Source: Candidatus Subterrananammoxibius californiae (lineage in GTDB: Bacteria > Planctomycetota > Brocadiia > Brocadiales > Subterrananammoxibiaceae). Taken from it: a stretch of DNA of 62,617 nt. Shown here piece by piece: positions 56,577 to 62,617 of this stretch. The notes beneath the pieces are model-generated. The model was not told the DNA's origin. It was given only the letters and a program-made list of their open reading frames with translations, and searched no databases. Where the stretch lies: the NCBI GenBank assembly GCA_030586555.1, contig JAURAC010000019.1:6534-69150 (forward strand), read 5' to 3'. Positions within the stretch are counted from its first letter, which is position 1, and the number at the start of each line of letters is the position of its first letter. The position numbers and the translations under genes were made by a program.

Positions 56577-57398
56577 TTACAATGCAACAATGGAAATATT
56601 TTCCTTATCCGCCGCGGCAATCATTTCCTCTTTGTCCAGTATCAAGGTCTTACCCGCCTCTATTGCAAGGGTTGTGACGCCTGCTTCCTTGAGGGTATCT
56701 ATGGTCTTTGTGCCAATGGTAGGTATGTCAAAGCGAAGGTCCTGATGCGGCCTGCTGACCTTTACCGCAACCACGTCCCCACGCCCAATAATGCCTCCAC
56801 GCCTGATGGTTTCATCGGTGCCCTCAATTGCCTCGACAGCCACAACTACGTGTTCCTTAACAACAACGCACTGCCCTATCTCCAATCTTGAAATCTCTTT
56901 GGCTATATCCCATCCAAATTGGACGTCAGCCATTTCCTTTTCGCTCGGCTGCCTTTTTGTAAGACAGCCCTTTTGAGCCAATAAGTGAGGAACGTAAATG
57001 GTAGAATCCTGCACCTCAATTCCATCCTTTGCAAGCTCATCGGCAAATGCGCTAAGAAGGGTTTTATCCTTTTTGCCTTTTCTCAATGTTTTATACCAGA
57101 GATTAATTGTCCTTAAATCTGCCTTGAACCTGAGATTTCTAAGCGGGGAGTACATCTTCGCCTTTGTAACTCCTCCAGCCATTACAGCCTTTGTGATGTG
57201 CTCGTTCTTAAAAATCTTTATGAGTTTGCCAATCTGCCCGATGCTTACCCAGTAGAGCTTTTCAACGCACTGCTCTATTTCGGGGGATGTTTCATCCTCA
57301 AAAGCAACGGCAACGATGCTGACGTTATTTTTTCTTGCTCCTTGTGCAAAGAGGATGGGAAAACGACCGTTTCCCGCAATTAAACCAATTCTATCCAT
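56577..57398 (-). CDS. lpxI: UDP-2,3-diacylglucosamine diphosphatase LpxI (DUF1009)
   Basis: IGLIAGNGRFP, IGQCVVV, AVEAIEGTD and QDLRFDIPTIG. Confidence 0.92.
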   Translation of the reverse strand: MDRIGLIAGNGRFPILFAQGARKNNVSIVAVAFEDETSPEIEQCVEKLYWVSIGQIGKLIKIFKNEHITKAVMAGGVTKAKMYSPLRNLRFKADLRTINLWYKTLRKGKKDKTLLSAFADELAKDGIEVQDSTIYVPHLLAQKGCLTKRQPSEKEMADVQFGWDIAKEISRLEIGQCVVVKEHVVVAVEAIEGTDETIRRGGIIGRGDVVAVKVSRPHQDLRFDIPTIGTKTIDTLKEAGVTTLAIEAGKTLILDKEEMIAAADKENISIVAL

Positions 57399-57509
57399 AA
57401 TTGTATAGGGTGGCATGGATAAACTTGTTTATCCATGTCCTTCACGGAAATGAGGCTTGGGCACGGACAAATGAATTTGTCCATGCCACCCAGAAACCTG
57501 CCCCTACGT

Positions 57510-58541
57510 TTATTTTTTATTTTCCAATTCTGCCAGTCTTTTTTCTAACGACATAATTGTATTTCTCATCTCAGGGAGCATTGGTATTATCGTATAACAC
57601 TTGCGCATTACTTTTATAGGAATCGCTGGGGAGCCGAGATAAGTCTTACCGGAAGGGATATCGCTGGCTACACCTGATTGCCCACCAACCGTCACATTAT
57701 CGCCAATTATAACATGCCCAACAATCCCTACCTGACCAGCCAAGGTGGCATGTTTACCTATTTTTACAGTTCCAGCAATTCCTACCTGAGACACTATCAG
57801 TGTGTTTTCGCCAACTTCAACATTATGTGAGATTATAACCTGGCTATCAATCTTTGTGCCTTTTTTTATCCTTGTCTCGCCGAGCGCCCCTCTATTTATA
57901 GTCGTATTAGCGCCGATATCAACATCATCCTCAATTACAGTAATCCCAACCTGGGGAATCTTATAATATTTTTCTCCATCCGGGGCATAGCCAAATCCAT
58001 CACTTCCTATCACTGTATTGCTGTGGATAGTCACCCTCTTTCCTATAATACTGTCATTATAAATAACCACATTTGGATATATTATGGTATCTTCGTCAAT
58101 CTGGCAATTGTCGCCGATATAGACTCCGGGATGTAGCACGACATGGTCGTTAATAGTGGTATTGTTACCCACAAAAACATTCGCATAAATGCTAACATTT
58201 TGCCCTAATTTCGCTGTAGGGCTAATCCTTGAGGAAGGGTCAATAGTTTTTGGATACGATGCTACGGGATTCATCATCAGGTCAACTATCTTAGCAAATG
58301 CAAGATAAGGGTTTTCAGTAACCAAGAGGGGTTTATCAGTATAGTTCTTGAATTCTGGTGAAACGATAACGGCGGAAGCCTTTGTTTCCTTAATCTTACT
58401 CAGGTATTTCCTGTTAGATACAAAGGTAATATATCCTTCCTCGGCATCATCAATGGTCATAACGCCTTTAATCTTCAAATCTCCATTGCCTGCTACCGTT
58501 CCACCGACGTGCTCAGCGAGCTCACACAATGTCTTTTCCAT
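57510..58541 (-). CDS. lpxD: UDP-3-O-acyl-glucosamine N-acyltransferase
   Basis: NPYLAFA, hexapeptide repeats, IGSDGFGY, KIPQVG and TKID..V.I.HNV. Confidence 0.95.
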   Translation of the reverse strand: MEKTLCELAEHVGGTVAGNGDLKIKGVMTIDDAEEGYITFVSNRKYLSKIKETKASAVIVSPEFKNYTDKPLLVTENPYLAFAKIVDLMMNPVASYPKTIDPSSRISPTAKLGQNVSIYANVFVGNNTTINDHVVLHPGVYIGDNCQIDEDTIIYPNVVIYNDSIIGKRVTIHSNTVIGSDGFGYAPDGEKYYKIPQVGITVIEDDVDIGANTTINRGALGETRIKKGTKIDSQVIISHNVEVGENTLIVSQVGIAGTVKIGKHATLAGQVGIVGHVIIGDNVTVGGQSGVASDIPSGKTYLGSPAIPIKVMRKCYTIIPMLPEMRNTIMSLEKRLAELENKK

Positions 58542-58547
58542 AACCGC

Positions 58548-58576
58548 ATGATAATGTTGCCCAAATGCTTTGTCAA
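58548..58576 (-). promoter_or_regulatory. Sigma70 promoter producing a leaderless lpxD mRNA
   Basis: TTGACA-N17-TATCAT-N6-ATG with no SD sequence. Confidence 0.6.
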
Positions 58577-58648
58577 CAGGAAAAGTAGGGAATAGCCATT
58601 AGGGAATAGGCTATCGGCCCTTGCCTCTTGGCTATTCCCTGTTTTATA

Positions 58649-58677
58649 TTGACCTCGGTATTTAATTGTGATATTAT
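58649..58677 (+). promoter_or_regulatory. Putative sigma70 promoter of the HEAT-repeat gene
   Basis: TTGACC-N17-TATTAT with TGn extension. Confidence 0.45.
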
Positions 58678-58733
58678 ATAGCCGTTCCATATTAACATAG
58701 CTAATTATAAACAAAGAAGTTAGGTTACAAACT

Positions 58734-60833
58734 ATGGGTCTTACGTTACAGGTTGCGGGTCGCAGGTTATTGGTCATAGGTTGTGTGTTATGGGTTATAG
58801 TCTTTCTTAACCTATTGCCTATAACCTATTACTTACTGCCTATTACTTGTCAGTTTGATAGTGATACCTTTGCCAAGACTGGAACCAATGACGAAATGGC
58901 AAAGAAGATAGAGGAATGGATTGAGCAACTCTATGCCGATGACCCTGCTGTCAGCCGTTCTGCGGCAATTTCTTTGCTTGCGCTGGGTCAAGATAGTTAT
59001 GTCAAGTTATTAATTGATATTTTAAAAGATACTCGCAACGATAACGTGCGGATTTCAATAATGAACGCCTTCGGGTTCAACGGAGACGATAGGGCGCTTG
59101 AACTTATTATAGAGCTACTTGATAGCGAAAATGACGCTGTTAAAACTACCGCATCTGAAACATTAGGTAAGTTAAAAACGCGCATGGCTATCGAGAAGAT
59201 GTCTGCCGCTATGTTGAAAAAGGACCGTTCTTTAAGTTCTAGAATACTTTTGATTCAAGCGCTTGGAAACGTCCGAAATAGAGAGGCGGTAGAGCCATTG
59301 ATACGCATTATGGAATCGGATGAAAAGGCATTGCAAGTTGTAGCTAAAGAGGCGTTAGAAAGGATTACTAAACAATCCATTGGTAATGATGTAAAGCAAT
59401 GGACAGAGTGGTGGAACAGGAACAAGATTAAGACACGTGAGCAGTGGCTCGAAGATATCGTTGAAAAGCTGGAAAGTAAGATTAAACAGCTTGAGGGTCA
59501 GCTCGAAACATTACACAAAGAATTTGCCCAGAAGACGATTAACCTTCTTGAACTCAGGATAGAAAATGGCGATTTTAAGCCATTGCTGGAAGGTATGAAG
59601 AGTGAATATCCGGAGGTCAGGACCTTCTCGACAAAAAAACTTGTAAACTTTAAGGACCCTGCTGTAGTGCAAGCGCTTATAACGGTTCTTTCGGATATGC
59701 AAATGGAGGTACGTGTTGCTGCTGCGCATGGACTTGGCGAATTGGGCAACGAAACGGTGGTTGAGCCACTCATAACCGCTCTTCAAGATGAGGAAATGGA
59801 GGTTCGGGAGGCTGCGGCAAAGGCACTCGGAAGACTTGGGTTACCCAAGTCTGTAGATGCATTAATTTCAGTCTTAGACAGCCCTGAAAGTAAATTAACT
59901 GCCACATCTGCTGAGGCATTGGGTCAGATTGGAGATAACCGGGCTGTGGAACCTTTAATAAATTTACTTTCCCATAAAGACCCAAAGGTCAGAGAATCTG
60001 CAACCTTTGCTCTTGGAAGGCTTAAAGACATCAGAGGAATCGGCCCTTTAATAAAAACCCTCGATGACCAGGATGAAAGGATTCGCTGGTTTGCCGCTGA
60101 CAGCCTCGGGAAAATCGGCGTCGTAGAAGCTGTCGAACCTCTAATTAAATTACTTTCCGATACAAGCGCTCGTGTGCGTGAGTCTGCGGCAAAGGCGCTC
60201 GGACAAATTAAAAGCGAGAAGGCAATTGAGCCTTTGTTGAAAACTCTCCAGGACCAGGACAAGAGGGTTGCCGAACAGGCGGCTGATGCCCTTGTCACGA
60301 TTGACTATGAAAAGTTCGAAACATCCGATACCCTGGCAAACAAATTTTACACAAGCAAGGATTACAAACGTACCGTCCAAACCCTTGAAAAACAGATTGC
60401 CAAGTTTTCTAAATTAATTGGATACGAAGAAAAGATATGGCAAAGCAAGTTAATATTGGCAAGGTCGTATTTCTACCTGAAAGACTGGCAAAAAGCTGAA
60501 ATCCTGTATGAGGAACTTACTAAATACTTTCACAACGATGCTGAAATAAGAATAGAACTTGCCCAGTGTCTTAGAGAAACAAAACAATATGAAAGGGTAA
60601 TTGAACTATACGCCACGTGGATGAAAGAATTTTCTGCTAATAGTGAGGCATGGTGGCAGGGTAGGCTTGAGGTTGTCAGTGCATTTTTTGAAGAAGGTAA
60701 TTCCCAGAGGGCGAAGGAACTTATTGATAATTTCAGGAAGGAAGACCCGGGGCTCGGTGGAGTAAATATCAAGATTAAATTTAATGAACTTGAAAAGAGA
60801 TACACTGAGATGATGCCCAAAGAAGAGGGCTAA
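58734..60833 (+). CDS. Exported HEAT (PBS lyase-like) repeat protein with C-terminal TPR-like helices
   Basis: Many VR..AA.ALG.LG...AVEPLI..L.D repeats; hydrophobic N-terminus. Confidence 0.85.
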   Translation: MGLTLQVAGRRLLVIGCVLWVIVFLNLLPITYYLLPITCQFDSDTFAKTGTNDEMAKKIEEWIEQLYADDPAVSRSAAISLLALGQDSYVKLLIDILKDTRNDNVRISIMNAFGFNGDDRALELIIELLDSENDAVKTTASETLGKLKTRMAIEKMSAAMLKKDRSLSSRILLIQALGNVRNREAVEPLIRIMESDEKALQVVAKEALERITKQSIGNDVKQWTEWWNRNKIKTREQWLEDIVEKLESKIKQLEGQLETLHKEFAQKTINLLELRIENGDFKPLLEGMKSEYPEVRTFSTKKLVNFKDPAVVQALITVLSDMQMEVRVAAAHGLGELGNETVVEPLITALQDEEMEVREAAAKALGRLGLPKSVDALISVLDSPESKLTATSAEALGQIGDNRAVEPLINLLSHKDPKVRESATFALGRLKDIRGIGPLIKTLDDQDERIRWFAADSLGKIGVVEAVEPLIKLLSDTSARVRESAAKALGQIKSEKAIEPLLKTLQDQDKRVAEQAADALVTIDYEKFETSDTLANKFYTSKDYKRTVQTLEKQIAKFSKLIGYEEKIWQSKLILARSYFYLKDWQKAEILYEELTKYFHNDAEIRIELAQCLRETKQYERVIELYATWMKEFSANSEAWWQGRLEVVSAFFEEGNSQRAKELIDNFRKEDPGLGGVNIKIKFNELEKRYTEMMPKEEG

Positions 60834-60920
60834 CTTCTTAATTTCTTAACTTCCTGAAAGAGGAAGATGGGAAGCTGAGAAGATAGGAAGTTAAGAAGTC
60901 TTTTTACCAAACTTATAACC

Positions 60921-62276
60921 ATGAAGATATTAATAGTAGGTGCAGGCGCAGTGGGGTTAAATCTGGCAAGACAATTGTCAAATGAAGCCCATGATATTTC
61001 TATCGTTGAACAGGACCCTGCGCTTGTTCGCAAGGTAAGCGATAAGCTTGATGCACTAATAGTTTCTGGTAACGCCACCAGTAAGAGTACCTTAGAAGAA
61101 GCCGGCATTCAGGATGTAGAAATGGTTCTTGCCGTTACTGACAGTGACGAGACAAACATAATTGTTTGCCTGCTTGCCCACATGTACGGTGTTAAAACAA
61201 AAATTGCCAGGGTAAGAAATGAAGAGTTTGCAGTAATAAAATCGTCACAAAATGACGACCTCTTTCATGTTGACTACATGGTGAACCCGGAACAAATTAC
61301 TGTTGACTCGATTATAAATATTATAGAAACTCCTGGGGCAATATTTGTTGCAGATTTCACCGTTGGGGATATTCTCCTGAGGGGTTTTCACGTTCCTGCT
61401 GATGCGCCAATCGTTGGGAAAAAAATACGAGAGCTTAAGGAAATTGAATCTGTAGATTCTTTCCTGATTGTTGCGATTCAGAAGAATGATGCAATGATTA
61501 TCCCTGTCGGGGATAGCCAGATTCAGCCGGATGATAATATCTTTGTGCTGGTTGCCCGTGCGGGCTTGCCTTTCTTCTTGCCCATGGTCAATAGGCGGGC
61601 AGATGAAGCGGAAAAAATTATTATTTATGGCGCAACGCGCACAGGAGTAAAACTTGCTAAAAGGCTTGAACATGGTCCTGTAAGCGCTACAATAATCGAA
61701 CCGGATGAGGAGAAAGCGAATGCTGCGGCAGTGGAATTGTCAGAAACTGTCATCCTACATGGAGAGGCTACGGATGTTGGATTACTAAAAGAGGCTTCTA
61801 TAGAAGATGTTGATTTCTTCATCGCCCTTACGGAAGATGAGCAATCCAACATCCTTTCCGCCTTGATTGCCAAGAAAAATGGCGCCAAGAAAACAATTGT
61901 ATTGACAAACGACCCACAGTTTGTACCTGTGTTATCTTCAATTGATATTGATATTGATATCGTAATAAACCCCAGGCTAATTACTGCCGGTTCTATCCTT
62001 CAACATATAAGACGCGGGCGCATCCTTTCTATTGCCAAGCTCCCTGGTAGCGAGGCGGAAGCCATAGAATTAGTCGCAGAAGCGGGTTCCAAAATTATTG
62101 GAAAAAACCTTTCCAAGGTGCATTTTCCGGAAGGTTCTATAATGGGCGCAATAGTCCGCAACGGCACAATGCTCATTCCAAATGGTGAAAGCGTTGTAAA
62201 TCCAGGTGAAAGTGTCGTTGTTTTTACCCTGCCAAAAGCACTGGAAAAGGTTCAGTCGCTTTTCAGCGTAAAGTGA
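60921..62276 (+). CDS. trkA: Trk potassium transporter NAD-binding subunit
   Basis: MKILIVGAGAVG; two RCK-N/RCK-C modules; 451 aa. Confidence 0.93.
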   Translation: MKILIVGAGAVGLNLARQLSNEAHDISIVEQDPALVRKVSDKLDALIVSGNATSKSTLEEAGIQDVEMVLAVTDSDETNIIVCLLAHMYGVKTKIARVRNEEFAVIKSSQNDDLFHVDYMVNPEQITVDSIINIIETPGAIFVADFTVGDILLRGFHVPADAPIVGKKIRELKEIESVDSFLIVAIQKNDAMIIPVGDSQIQPDDNIFVLVARAGLPFFLPMVNRRADEAEKIIIYGATRTGVKLAKRLEHGPVSATIIEPDEEKANAAAVELSETVILHGEATDVGLLKEASIEDVDFFIALTEDEQSNILSALIAKKNGAKKTIVLTNDPQFVPVLSSIDIDIDIVINPRLITAGSILQHIRRGRILSIAKLPGSEAEAIELVAEAGSKIIGKNLSKVHFPEGSIMGAIVRNGTMLIPNGESVVNPGESVVVFTLPKALEKVQSLFSVK

Positions 62277-62315
62277 ACCATACGCCCATAACCCATGACC
62301 TACGACCTATAACCC

Positions 62316-62617
62316 ATGAATAAATCAATAGTCATTCATACCCTCGGAAATCTTATTATCATCCTTGCCTTTATCATGATAATACCATTATTAATAGCCT
62401 TTGGATACGGAGAAAAGGCTGTATGCTGGGCATTCGTCAAATCTATAGTAGTTACTGGAGCGGTAGGGGCTGCAATGAAATACTCCTTCAGGGTAAAGGA
62501 AGCAGAGATAGGCATACGTGAGGGATTTGCCACCGTAGTATTTGTATGGGTAACCTGGGCATTCTTTGGCGCTTTGCCTTACTGGTTCTCTGGAGTATGT
62601 CAGACATTCTGTGATGC
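62316..62617 (+). CDS. trkH: Trk potassium uptake membrane subunit, 3'-truncated by window edge
   Basis: Manual translation gives MNKSIVIHTLG...IREGFATVVFVW...FGALPY...; follows trkA. Confidence 0.88.
   Translation, partial: MNKSIVIHTLGNLIIILAFIMIIPLLIAFGYGEKAVCWAFVKSIVVTGAVGAAMKYSFRVKEAEIGIREGFATVVFVWVTWAFFGALPYWFSGVCQTFCD

Noticed and set aside
61941..61961. ATTGAT triplication in trkA (IDIDID)
   Set aside because: A small in-frame slippage with no evidence of function.

Overview
Bacterial chromosomal window, roughly 40% GC by eye. It has lipid A genes (diderm) and a multiheme cytochrome; gene content and style suggest a Brocadiales/anammox-like planctomycete (inference only). From left to right: a partial metallophosphoesterase, a giant membrane-anchored TPR protein, an 11-heme NapC/NirT + HAO-like cytochrome, aconitase, two tandem Cys-rich LTxxQ proteins, thrC, crcB-DUF190 and ruvC. 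Next come a flavin reductase, a hypothetical gene, a 700-aa protein ending in an intact dCTP deaminase, a HEPN-MNT pair, an HD-GYP sensor and an ABC exporter. About 34 kb (22-56 kb) is devoted to the cell surface: polyprenyl-phosphate-sugar synthases, six GT-C-fold membrane transferases, three radical SAM enzymes, wecB, three secreted surface proteins (two with long Thr-rich linkers), an exosortase H-type operon headed by an XRE/IrrE-like pair, a substrate with a variant IPTL-CTERM signal, and a type IV pilin. The window ends with lpxI, lpxD, a HEAT-repeat protein and trkA-trkH. No rRNA, tRNA, CRISPR array or transposase was seen. The window is densely studded with several families of short palindromic REP/MITE-like elements and 7-bp tandem arrays, many inserted in frame inside genes. 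The best candidates for an undescribed system are (1) the variant exosortase H / IPAI-CTERM surface glycoprotein module with a SEC-C-tailed partner and an XRE-peptidase switch, and (2) the two-gene cassette with a dUTPase-fold dCTP deaminase fused to a ~480-aa helical domain, a candidate nucleotide-depletion defence system.
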